Shown here: in pieces, positions 17,311-26,123 of the stretch
Position numbering within the stretch: position 1 is the stretch's first letter
Layout of the letters: every line of letters begins with the position of its first letter
Source of the DNA: an uncultured Gammaproteobacteria bacterium
Lineage (GTDB): Bacteria; Patescibacteriota; Microgenomatia; Daviesbacterales; UBA10151
NCBI GenBank assembly: GCA_964441115.1
Contig: CAYTXH010000002.1
Coordinates: 23,994-56,963 of the forward strand
Direction of reading: 5' to 3'
DNA: 32,970 nt
Program-made: the position numbers and the translations under genes
The notes under the pieces: generated by a model
Database searches by the model: none
The model's input: only the letters and a program-made list of their open reading frames with translations
Told to the model about the DNA's origin: nothing

Positions 17311-17826
17311 CTAACAGGGTTTAATATTTACCTGAGATTCACCGATTTTTTTAATGGGTACTTGCCGATTATTTTCTGCTCTTGTTGCAATCAATAAAAT
17401 CTTGATCGTTTCTTGATCTTTTATCTCTTCTCGCTTTTTAGAATCTAAAATACTCTGCCAATGCGCCTCAGTGCTTAATCTAAAAAATTCAGAACCAGCA
17501 GGTAGTACCCCTACTGGAATTGTTTTACCTCTCTCGTTAGAGAGAACTACATAAGTGTTTGTTTCTAAAGGTTTTACAAATGCTGAATTAATAGTATGAA
17601 TTACTCTCGGCGCACTTGATCCTTGAACAGCAACTTTACGATAACAGGCTAAAGTATCTTCATTAATCATAATTGATTTTTCGGTTTTACTTTTAGCAAT
17701 TATGGCTAAATCTGCTTCGATATTTTGGACTGATAATTGAGGCTGAAAATGTGAATATACACCGGCAACTGCAGCTGCAACTCCCAAACTAAAACCCGAA
17801 AAACCTATGAATTCTTTTGATAACAT
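17311..17826 (-). CDS. Hypothetical N-terminally anchored/secreted protein
   Basis: 171 aa. The N-terminus MLSKEFIGFSGFSLGVAAAVAGV resembles that of the downstream neighbour (M-x-SKEF plus an Ala/Gly-rich TM). Confidence 0.6.
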   Translation of the reverse strand: MLSKEFIGFSGFSLGVAAAVAGVYSHFQPQLSVQNIEADLAIIAKSKTEKSIMINEDTLACYRKVAVQGSSAPRVIHTINSAFVKPLETNTYVVLSNERGKTIPVGVLPAGSEFFRLSTEAHWQSILDSKKREEIKDQETIKILLIATRAENNRQVPIKKIGESQVNIKPC

Positions 17827-17861
17827 TGGCAGATTATAAACACTTTAATACTATGAGTCAA

Positions 17862-20369
17862 TTAATTTAAGTAAGTCTGGTCGATAATGATTTTTTGACC
17901 GGGGATAAGCTTGCCCTCTAAAATTTTGGTGGATAATCTAGCTTCTAAGGTATCCTGAATTAGTCGACGTAGCGGCCTAGCCCCTAAAACAGGATCCACT
18001 CCCCTTTTAGCTAACTCTGAGATAAGTTCTTCACTGAATTCTACTGGATAGCCTTGCTGTAATAAATTAGCTTTAAGATCAACTAATTTTAATCGGACTA
18101 TTTGTTTCAAATCAGCTTCAGCTAAAGGCTGGAATAAAACAATTTGATCAAAGCGATTAATTAACTCCGGTTTAAAAACTTGTAATATTTCCTGCTCAAT
18201 TTGAGGTTTAATTTGATCTAGAGTCCGACCCTGAGATAAACCCTGAGTAATAGTTAAAGCTGCCACATTGGATGTAGCGATAATAATCGTCTGTGTAAAG
18301 TCGACTATCCGACCCTGATAATCTGTCAGCCGGCCATCTTCTAGAATTTGCAAAAATAGGGTTAATATCTTCGGATCGGCTTTTTCAAACTCATCGAGTA
18401 AGATCAGACTATACGGATGTTGGATAACCTCCTCTATTAAAACTCCCGTTTGCTGCCCGGAACCAACTAGCTGACCGATACTGTCTGGGGATTGATATTC
18501 CGACATATCCAATCGTAAAAATTTACCTTTTTGTTGAAAATATAAATCCGTTAAAACTTTAGCCAATTCAGTTTTTCCAACACCAGTTGGACCAACAAAT
18601 AAGAAGGAGCCTATCGGACGCTGCTGATCTCGTAGACCTGTAGCACTCCGACGTAATGTATTGGCGATGGCTGTCACAGCATAGGTTTGGTCGATAAATC
18701 TTTGATGAATCAGATCCTCCAAATTAAGCAGTTGCTGTTTATCTTCAGACGCTAATTCCGTAACTGGTAATTGCCTGTTAGTTGATAAAATCTGTTTAAC
18801 TAAATTACTGGTTAACCATGCCTGTTTTTGATTTAAACATTGTTCAATACTATCTTCGTATAAACCCAAGGCACTATCCGGCAAAACTAAATCATGGATT
18901 AATTGATGACTTAGCTGAACTATTTGTTGGAGCGCAATTAGCGTAATTTTGAGATTAACTTTTTGTTCCAATTTAATTGTTAAAGCGATTAATAACTGTA
19001 GCGTTTCCTCAACAGTAGCTGGAGGAAAATCAACTTTCTTAAATAAATGAGCAAAATTAGCATTACGTTCAATGACTCGTTGATAACTTGATAGATCACT
19101 CGTGGCTAAGAATTGAATTTTATTTGATTCTAAATAGGGTAGCATTAAGCCAAAAAGATTTAATTGCTGGCCGACCTGACCTAATCCAAGGATATGAATA
19201 TCATCAACAAAAACAATAATATTTTGAGAAAAAATAACTTCATCAAAAAATTGACTTAAACGATCTGCCAACTGTCCTTGGCTATTAACTCCTGCTAAAA
19301 GCCGGTTAAAATCTAACTGAACTATTCGTTTAGTCGCTAAACTTGAGGGAGCATTACCGTCGACGATCTTCTGAGCTAAGAATCTAGCAAGTGATGTTTT
19401 CCCAACACCAATCGGTCCAACTACTAAGGCATTAGAATTGGCATTTGAGGCCAAAATAGTTAATAACTGATTAATTTGATCTAGTCTACCAGCATATTCA
19501 CTAAAATCTCCGGATCGGATTTGATGAGTTAAGTCGATCGAAACCTGATTCACAGTTGGAGTTGGCACCGCCATCCATCCTCTATTAGTTCCCTTCAGAT
19601 GATAAACCTGATAATTCTTATCCCAAAGTGCGACCCCATGACTAGCTTTTCTAGATAACTGAATTAAGTTCCAAGCCAATAAGAAATCAGCCGGTTTTAA
19701 TTTATATTTAATTAACTGATCAGGAAATGTTTGATCATTCAAAATTAAAGCTAAATAGAAGTCTCCAGCTGACAGGTACTGGCTGTGATTATTTTTAGCA
19801 AGAGTAATCGCAGCCTGGTAGATAGGTTGAGGATCAGCTGGCCATGTTGGTTGGGTAATATTTTTAGGATCAAGTTCTAGACGTTGATAAAGTTCTTGAA
19901 CATCAGATGATTGTAATATCGATTCGATTTTTAGATCTTGTGATCTTAGTTTAGTTGCTGACCATAATTGTGTTGGTTGTGTGATCTCTTCAGCGGTCAG
20001 TTCTGGATGAGATAACCAATTAACAACAAAAATAATTAAGCCTAATCCTCCGATCGCTACTCCTAATAATCGCCATTCTGGAGCGAATAATAGAACTGGC
20101 CAAACTAGCCAGACAATTAACATCAAAATAATAATTAAACTAACAATAAAGTAAGCAAAGATACCCGTTCCAATTCGAATTAACCGAAAACTGAAACTCA
20201 TCAACCGACCGATAATTGTGGAATCATGAAATAAGGGGACGAAAAGTAACCGCCACATCAAACTAACAGCTAAATCTTCTTCAACTGTGGCGATAACATT
20301 CTTCCAAAGACGAAAGAAAAATTTAAAAGAATCAAAATACCAATACTTAACTAAACGCACGGGCAGCAT
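17862..20369 (-). CDS. Membrane-anchored Clp/Hsp100-like double AAA+ ATPase (no M-domain)
   Basis: The N-terminal ~120 aa contain several TM stretches, followed by a Clp_N-like repeat region. D1 has Walker A GPIGVGKTS and Walker B IVFVDDIH. D2 has GPTGVGKTE, LILLDEFEKA, DGRLTD and GARPLRRLIQ. Confidence 0.85.
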   Translation of the reverse strand: MLPVRLVKYWYFDSFKFFFRLWKNVIATVEEDLAVSLMWRLLFVPLFHDSTIIGRLMSFSFRLIRIGTGIFAYFIVSLIIILMLIVWLVWPVLLFAPEWRLLGVAIGGLGLIIFVVNWLSHPELTAEEITQPTQLWSATKLRSQDLKIESILQSSDVQELYQRLELDPKNITQPTWPADPQPIYQAAITLAKNNHSQYLSAGDFYLALILNDQTFPDQLIKYKLKPADFLLAWNLIQLSRKASHGVALWDKNYQVYHLKGTNRGWMAVPTPTVNQVSIDLTHQIRSGDFSEYAGRLDQINQLLTILASNANSNALVVGPIGVGKTSLARFLAQKIVDGNAPSSLATKRIVQLDFNRLLAGVNSQGQLADRLSQFFDEVIFSQNIIVFVDDIHILGLGQVGQQLNLFGLMLPYLESNKIQFLATSDLSSYQRVIERNANFAHLFKKVDFPPATVEETLQLLIALTIKLEQKVNLKITLIALQQIVQLSHQLIHDLVLPDSALGLYEDSIEQCLNQKQAWLTSNLVKQILSTNRQLPVTELASEDKQQLLNLEDLIHQRFIDQTYAVTAIANTLRRSATGLRDQQRPIGSFLFVGPTGVGKTELAKVLTDLYFQQKGKFLRLDMSEYQSPDSIGQLVGSGQQTGVLIEEVIQHPYSLILLDEFEKADPKILTLFLQILEDGRLTDYQGRIVDFTQTIIIATSNVAALTITQGLSQGRTLDQIKPQIEQEILQVFKPELINRFDQIVLFQPLAEADLKQIVRLKLVDLKANLLQQGYPVEFSEELISELAKRGVDPVLGARPLRRLIQDTLEARLSTKILEGKLIPGQKIIIDQTYLN

Positions 20370-20388
20370 ATATTTTAAGAATACTCAA

Positions 20389-21486
20389 TTAGTAGTTTTT
20401 TTGATAGGTCTGACTACCAATATTACTGATTTGGCCCGCTAATTCTAATTTGATTAAACAACTATTTATTTGATGAATTGGCAGCTTTAAATGCTGACAG
20501 AGTTGATCTGCAGACCAGGGTTCATCGGTAATTAAATTTAAGATTTCTATCTCCTGATTTGATAATTGGAGTTTTGTTGAGTTCGATGACTTTGATAAAT
20601 GTAAATCAGTTAATAAATCACTGATTGAACTAATAAAATTGGCACCATTTTTAAGTAGTTGATTGGTCCCAGCAGATTGTCCAGCATTAATCGGCCCGGG
20701 CACTGCGTAGACTTCACGCCCATATTCTAAGGCAACTTTGGCAGTGATCAATGATCCTGATTTTAAGGAAGCTTCAGTGACAATTATAGTTTGACTAAGA
20801 CCAGCGATAATTCGGTTTCTAGCCGGAAAATTACCAGCAGTTGGTGATTGATCCGGCGGATATTCACTAATAATCGATCCTCCATTAGTAATAATCGAGT
20901 CAGCTAATTGTTGATTTTCAGAGGGATAAAGTTTATTTAAACCACTACCAAGGACAGCTATCGTTGGCTTTTGAGCAGACACTGCAGCTTGATGTGCAAT
21001 GGTATCAGCACCATAAGCCAATCCTGAAACAATGGTGGCTCCAGCTTCGACTAAGGCTTTAGCAATTTGTTCAGTAACTCCTCTACCATAACTGGTTAAT
21101 TTTCGACTCCCGACTACAGAGATGGTCGGTTTTGGCCATTTTAATGTCCCCTGAAAATATAAAATAATCGGGGCATCGGGTATGGCTAACAAGGATTCCG
21201 GATAGTCTATATCACCGAAAATAACCGCTTTGATCTTGGAATCATTTAATTTCTGACAGTAATGCGCTGGATCAAAAGACTTTTTATGTTCTTGAAGTTG
21301 TTGAATTAAAGATGCAGGGAAACTGAGGCTTTGTAATTGAGATGAGGAAGACTGCCAAGCAGATAGTCCAGTTGGAAAATTAGCCATGAGTTGAGCTAAC
21401 CGGACGCGGCCGATCCCAGGAAGGGCATGTAAGGCTAACCAATAGCCTTGATCCAACATGGCCGGATTGTAACCAAGCTTTATCAA
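20389..21486 (-). CDS. dprA: DNA processing protein DprA/Smf
   Basis: YWLALHALPGIGRVRL (SAM-like), the Rossmann core VVGSRKLTSYG...GLAYGADTIAHQAA...FPARNRIIAGL and a C-terminal winged-helix-like tail are present. The track start is TTG; ATG at codon 10 is an alternative. Confidence 0.88.
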   Translation of the reverse strand: MIKLGYNPAMLDQGYWLALHALPGIGRVRLAQLMANFPTGLSAWQSSSSQLQSLSFPASLIQQLQEHKKSFDPAHYCQKLNDSKIKAVIFGDIDYPESLLAIPDAPIILYFQGTLKWPKPTISVVGSRKLTSYGRGVTEQIAKALVEAGATIVSGLAYGADTIAHQAAVSAQKPTIAVLGSGLNKLYPSENQQLADSIITNGGSIISEYPPDQSPTAGNFPARNRIIAGLSQTIIVTEASLKSGSLITAKVALEYGREVYAVPGPINAGQSAGTNQLLKNGANFISSISDLLTDLHLSKSSNSTKLQLSNQEIEILNLITDEPWSADQLCQHLKLPIHQINSCLIKLELAGQISNIGSQTYQKNY

Positions 21487-21495
21487 ATAATCAAG

Positions 21496-23358
21496 CTAAT
21501 CACCTTGAAGTAAAGTACTAGAAGCTGTGGCTGTCGGAGTTAAATCTTTAATTAGTTGTTGTTTATCTGGGGAAAAATACCAGCGGAGAATCTCTCGAGC
21601 CACTGGACTGGCATTGGTCGAACCTTCACCACCTGATTCAATTAAAACAGTCACCGCAATCTCTGGCTTATCAGCAGGAGCATAGGTGGCATACCACGCG
21701 TGGGTGCGATTATCTGGATGGCCATACTCCGCGGTTCCAGTTTTACCAGCGGTTTTAATCGGAAAATTAAAAAATGGCCAGGCAGTTCCACCTGTTTGCG
21801 GCACTTGTTCTAAAGCAGTTTTAATTAGTTGGTAATACTCTGGCGCATATAAGGGTTTCGATCCATCATAGTTATATTGTTTAACAGTTTTTCCAGACGG
21901 AGTAGTAATCTTTTGAGCTAAATGAGGCAAATATTGAACACCATTCATAGCCACAGCTGAGATCATACTTGAAACTTGTAACGGTGTTGATAAGACATAA
22001 CCTTGACCGATCGACATATGTAACGAATCCCCGGGATACCAAACCTCACCAATATTATCGATTTTCCACTGATTATCCGGAATTAAACCTGCTTCCTCGC
22101 CAGGGATATCAATACCAGTGGTCTTACCAAAACCCATTTTTTTGGCTTCATCACCCATAATTTGCTCTCCAACTTGTTGACCGAGATGATAAAAGAAAAT
22201 GTCATTTGAACGTTTTAAGGCTTTGACAACATCGACGCCCCCCTGTTCTTTGGCTCCATGTTGAGTGTAATACCAATTGGCGAAACTATATGGACCCAAA
22301 TACATAATTCCGGTGTCCTCATACTGAGTTTCGGGAGTGATTCGACCACTATTTAAACCAGCGAGAGCAGTTAAAACTTTGAAAGTCGATCCTGGGGGAT
22401 AAATACCGCCGATTGCTCGATTTAAGATCGGTGAATTAGAATTAGCAAAAGCATCTGCTAATTTTTTACTGTCGAAGGAAGGATATGACACCATAGCTAA
22501 AACTTGACCATTTCGCGGATCCTGAACCACAACAGCGCCGCAACAAACTTTATCTTTACCTTTTTCGATCTCTTTTTTTAACTGTTCAAAAGCCACTTTT
22601 TGAAGTTCAGCATCAATTGTTAAATAGATGTTCTGTCCAGGGGTCGGCAGATTTTTACCTAAGGTCCCTAATTTATTTCCCGCGGCGTCAACTTCGATAA
22701 TTTCACCGCCATCAGTACCTCTCAATACTTTCTCGTATGATTGTTCAATTCCTCCTCGACCAATATTATCCCCCGGTTTGTAGTTTTGATAAACAACTTC
22801 TTTTAGTTCATCAGCACTAATTTCACTAATATATCCGAGTAAATGAGAACTGACCTCTCCATACGGATAGTATCGTAAATTATCGATTTCAAGATCTTTT
22901 AGCCGCGGATCATTATTAACCTCCATTAAAATTCCTTCATCTCTGGTTAAATATTTTGTTTGACCTGAACCTGAAGCATCAAGTAATCGATAGCCCGGTT
23001 CGTTTTGAGCCAAAATCTTGCCGTTTCGATCATAAATAACCCCCCGCGGGGCGTGAATTGCTCGAACGGCAATTCGATTACTATCTGCTAAGCTATGATT
23101 TCGTGAACCTTCAGCAATTTGGAGATGGAATAATCTAGTAGCTAACATAGCAAAAGCAAATAAAAATCCAATGATTAAAAATAATTTATGCCAATCACTT
23201 AGACTAGCACCAATAGCAAGAGTTTGAGTTTGCTGTGTGACTAAAGTATCTTGCCAATCAAGTGCGTCTCTGGCTTTTGATAAATGTTTAGTTGATCGAG
23301 AAACCCTCTGAAATTGATCTTTAAAGGCTTTTCCAAATTTGAAACTTTTTGCTGCCAT
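21496..23358 (-). CDS. mrdA: Penicillin-binding protein 2 (elongasome transpeptidase)
   Basis: There is a single N-terminal TM segment. The motifs are SxxK (PGSTFK), SxN (RSND) and KTG(T) (GKTGTAE). The gene lies downstream of mreC-mreD. Confidence 0.88.
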   Translation of the reverse strand: MAAKSFKFGKAFKDQFQRVSRSTKHLSKARDALDWQDTLVTQQTQTLAIGASLSDWHKLFLIIGFLFAFAMLATRLFHLQIAEGSRNHSLADSNRIAVRAIHAPRGVIYDRNGKILAQNEPGYRLLDASGSGQTKYLTRDEGILMEVNNDPRLKDLEIDNLRYYPYGEVSSHLLGYISEISADELKEVVYQNYKPGDNIGRGGIEQSYEKVLRGTDGGEIIEVDAAGNKLGTLGKNLPTPGQNIYLTIDAELQKVAFEQLKKEIEKGKDKVCCGAVVVQDPRNGQVLAMVSYPSFDSKKLADAFANSNSPILNRAIGGIYPPGSTFKVLTALAGLNSGRITPETQYEDTGIMYLGPYSFANWYYTQHGAKEQGGVDVVKALKRSNDIFFYHLGQQVGEQIMGDEAKKMGFGKTTGIDIPGEEAGLIPDNQWKIDNIGEVWYPGDSLHMSIGQGYVLSTPLQVSSMISAVAMNGVQYLPHLAQKITTPSGKTVKQYNYDGSKPLYAPEYYQLIKTALEQVPQTGGTAWPFFNFPIKTAGKTGTAEYGHPDNRTHAWYATYAPADKPEIAVTVLIESGGEGSTNASPVAREILRWYFSPDKQQLIKDLTPTATASSTLLQGD

Positions 23359-23364
23359 AATGGT

Positions 23365-23808
23365 TTATCTTACTCTTAACTTAAGATCAGAATCACTAAA
23401 TAATCTTTGGTCGATGATTTGCCAAATAATCCAGAAAATTATTAATAAAATTACTTCGATGGCTAATAAAGGATAATTTCCGGGTGTTCCTAACCACCAA
23501 TTTTCAAATAATCTTAAAGTAGTAAATATGACTGCTGCTAAGGGTAAAATTAATAAGAAATTGGAAGACGGTAGATATTTAAGTAGATGACTTGCTTGGA
23601 CAGCTAATAAAAAGAGTATTGGATAAATTCCCAGATTACGGTTAGATAATAAACCTAATAATAACCCGGCAAAAAGAGCATAATAATAGCTACTAATTTT
23701 AACTCTGGTAATTGCAATGGTGACCATAAATATAAGCGCTAAGTTAGTAGGCACAATAGTTGTTTGAATTAAAGTCAATAAAATTATTATTAAAATAATG
23801 GTTTTCAT
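23365..23808 (-). CDS. mreD: Rod shape-determining protein MreD (polytopic membrane protein)
   Basis: 147 aa and fully hydrophobic. The call rests mainly on its position between mreC and mrdA. Confidence 0.65.
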   Translation of the reverse strand: MKTIILIIILLTLIQTTIVPTNLALIFMVTIAITRVKISSYYYALFAGLLLGLLSNRNLGIYPILFLLAVQASHLLKYLPSSNFLLILPLAAVIFTTLRLFENWWLGTPGNYPLLAIEVILLIIFWIIWQIIDQRLFSDSDLKLRVR

Positions 23809-23810
23809 AG

Positions 23811-24599
23811 TTAATTAGTAATCACAAAAACAACTGTTAAATCTGTTAAATCAAATCCTGGATCAATCTTAGCTTGTTTAAATATTTCATTATCTTGACC
23901 AATAATTTCGGTGACTGAACCTAAAACTAAACCTCTTGGTAACTGACCCTCGGTCCCTTCGGTATAAACAATATCGCCAACACCTAATGGTTCTTTATGT
24001 AAAACTCGATCTAAAAGAATTTGAGCTCCAAATTGACCGTAGACTAAGCCTTTAGCTCTTCCATCAACATTGGATATGACTGCTGAGATTTTAGAATCTG
24101 GATCTGAAGTTAAAATAACTGAAGATTTATTAGCAGTTACTTCTTTTACAACACCAACTAAATTATTTTTGTAAACCACAGCCATGCCCGCACTAATACC
24201 ATCATTACTCCCACGGTCTAAAAGCATATAACGACTTAATCCAACAGGTCTGGTGGCGACAGTTTTAAAAGTTAATGGATTTAAGGATTGTTGTTGGTCA
24301 ATTAAACTCTCAATCTCACTCAGCTTAGTTCTTAATCCAGAATTTTCCGATAGTAAACTAGCTAGTTGTTCTCGCAAGGCCTTGTTTTCTTGAGAGGCAC
24401 GTCGTTGCAAACTAATAATTTCAAATTGATCGCCAACAGTAGCACCACTACGATAAAAACCATATTGAATCGGAGAGGTAATGTACTGAATTGCTGATTT
24501 AGGAAGTGATAATAAATTAACAGAATCAAATCCAAAAATAATCGCTGAGAGTATTATACAAATAGCAAAAATTCTAAGTTCGGCGAATTGGACTTTCAC
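23811..24599 (-). CDS. mreC: Rod shape-determining protein MreC
   Basis: The layout is an N-terminal TM, a coiled-coil (ENKALREQLASLLSENSGLRTKLSEIESL), then a beta-barrel region with PVV..NGLVG-like GMAVVYKNNLVGVVKEV. Confidence 0.85.
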   Translation of the reverse strand: MKVQFAELRIFAICIILSAIIFGFDSVNLLSLPKSAIQYITSPIQYGFYRSGATVGDQFEIISLQRRASQENKALREQLASLLSENSGLRTKLSEIESLIDQQQSLNPLTFKTVATRPVGLSRYMLLDRGSNDGISAGMAVVYKNNLVGVVKEVTANKSSVILTSDPDSKISAVISNVDGRAKGLVYGQFGAQILLDRVLHKEPLGVGDIVYTEGTEGQLPRGLVLGSVTEIIGQDNEIFKQAKIDPGFDLTDLTVVFVITN

Positions 24600-24643
24600 G
24601 CTGCTATTTTACTCTATAACCAACTAGTGAACAACCAGAGTGA

Positions 24644-24672
24644 TTGACATCTGCTTTAATCCTAAGTAATGT
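24644..24672 (+). promoter_or_regulatory. Sigma-70-type promoter for pyrF-pyrE
   Basis: TTGACA (24644-24649), a 17-nt spacer, TAATGT (24667-24672); the ATG follows 12 nt later. Confidence 0.5.
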
Positions 24673-24684
24673 AACTATCAAAGA

Positions 24685-25404
24685 ATGGAACGATTAATCT
24701 CACGCGATCGAACTATTATCCCTGCTGCTGATGAAGATTCTTTAATCTCTTTAGATAAATTATTAGATATTACTGGAAACATTCCTCAAATTGAGGCCAT
24801 TAAAATTGGGGCTGCTCTAGTTGAATCATACGGACTTCTTCCAGTCGTAGATAGAATCAGAACAAAACAATCTAATTTAAAAATTATTTATGACCGTCAA
24901 AAAGCTGGTAGCGATCCTGCACACACTGTAGCAGCAATGATGAAAAACTACCGCCAAGCAGGTATAGATTGCGTAATTATCTTTCCATTTGCCGGCCCTC
25001 ATTCATTAGAAGCTTGGGTTAAAGAGAGCCATGACTCAGGAATTATTCCCATGGTAGGGGGAGAAATGTCAGTTCCAAATTACCTTGAAAAAGATAATGG
25101 ATACATTAGTAATAAAGCCCCAGATAGAATTTATACTCAAGCATTACAGCTAGGAGTTCAACATTTAGTTGTTCCAGGAAATAAACCAGAACGAATTGGA
25201 TTTTATCGCCGTCTTACTCAAAATATTACTTCAGAAGAAATTGATTTTTTCTCACCAGGGTTTGGTGCTCAATCAGGGAATATCCGTGAGGCTAATATTT
25301 TATCTGGAAAACGATTCCACCCAATTGTTGGACGGACTATTGTAAATGCTGAGAATCCGCATGCTGTAGCAATAGCATTAATCAATCAGTTAAATGAGCA
25401 CTGA
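24685..25404 (+). CDS. pyrF: Orotidine 5'-phosphate decarboxylase family protein
   Basis: Block-wise resemblance to archaeal-type OMPDC: IEAIKIGAALV (cf IDTVKIGYPLV), KIIYDRQKAGSDP (cf RIIADFKVADIP), FSPGFGAQSGN (cf ISPGVGAQGGD), PIVGRTIVNAENP (cf IIVGRSIYLADNP). Confidence 0.8.
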   Translation: MERLISRDRTIIPAADEDSLISLDKLLDITGNIPQIEAIKIGAALVESYGLLPVVDRIRTKQSNLKIIYDRQKAGSDPAHTVAAMMKNYRQAGIDCVIIFPFAGPHSLEAWVKESHDSGIIPMVGGEMSVPNYLEKDNGYISNKAPDRIYTQALQLGVQHLVVPGNKPERIGFYRRLTQNITSEEIDFFSPGFGAQSGNIREANILSGKRFHPIVGRTIVNAENPHAVAIALINQLNEH

Positions 25405-26122
25405 AATTTTTACAAAATCGCAAAAAGCGTTAGCTTGGCAATTACTGACCCTTGAAACAGAGGCTAAAGTTCGACGACGTCAGACTCAAGCTGATGGCAG
25501 TTATCAATTTACCGAGATTGTTCGCCCAACTAGTCCGATTGATTTTCCGGAAAATGATCAAGAATTTGCTTTAGATGCTCATCGTCAAAATCCAGCACTC
25601 GCTTTATCACCCATTTATATTAATTTAAGAAATTTACCTGAATGGTTATATGACAGCATTGGCAGGAATTTAGCAGCTCTCAAGCTGAATCAGCCTGCTG
25701 ACTTATGTGTAGGACTTCCAAATGCTGGGTTATCTTTATCTAGAGCCTATTCAAAAGCAACTGGGGGTGATGTTCCAAATTTAGAAATATTAGATAAGGT
25801 TATGAATGAGAATCAAGCTGATTTTCGAATTAAACCTGGCATACCAGAAGGTAACGGCCAAACCGCAGTTATCATTGATGATGTCATTACAACAGCTGGA
25901 ACAAAATTAAAGGCAGCAAAGATATTACGGGCTTACGGATTTAAAGTGCATGATATTTTAGTTTGTGTTAATCGAGCATCAGATTTATCTTTATTAACGG
26001 AGGAGTCTCTCCAAGTAAATTCGATTTTTGAAATGATGCCTTTAATGGATTTTTATTTAGAGAAAAGTATAAAAGTTAATCAGCAACGCTATGATGCAGT
26101 TAAAAAGTATTTACAATCATAG
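25394..26122 (+). CDS. pyrE: Orotate phosphoribosyltransferase-like type I PRTase
   Basis: A PRPP-binding loop AVIIDDVITTAGTKL is present. The gene overlaps pyrF by 11 nt. 242 aa with an N-terminal extension. Confidence 0.72.
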   Translation: MSTEIFTKSQKALAWQLLTLETEAKVRRRQTQADGSYQFTEIVRPTSPIDFPENDQEFALDAHRQNPALALSPIYINLRNLPEWLYDSIGRNLAALKLNQPADLCVGLPNAGLSLSRAYSKATGGDVPNLEILDKVMNENQADFRIKPGIPEGNGQTAVIIDDVITTAGTKLKAAKILRAYGFKVHDILVCVNRASDLSLLTEESLQVNSIFEMMPLMDFYLEKSIKVNQQRYDAVKKYLQS

Positions 26123-26123
26123 A

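Noticed and set aside
21969-22160. 63-aa plus-strand ORF
   Set aside because: It is antisense inside mrdA (PBP2), in the region between the KTG and SxN motifs.
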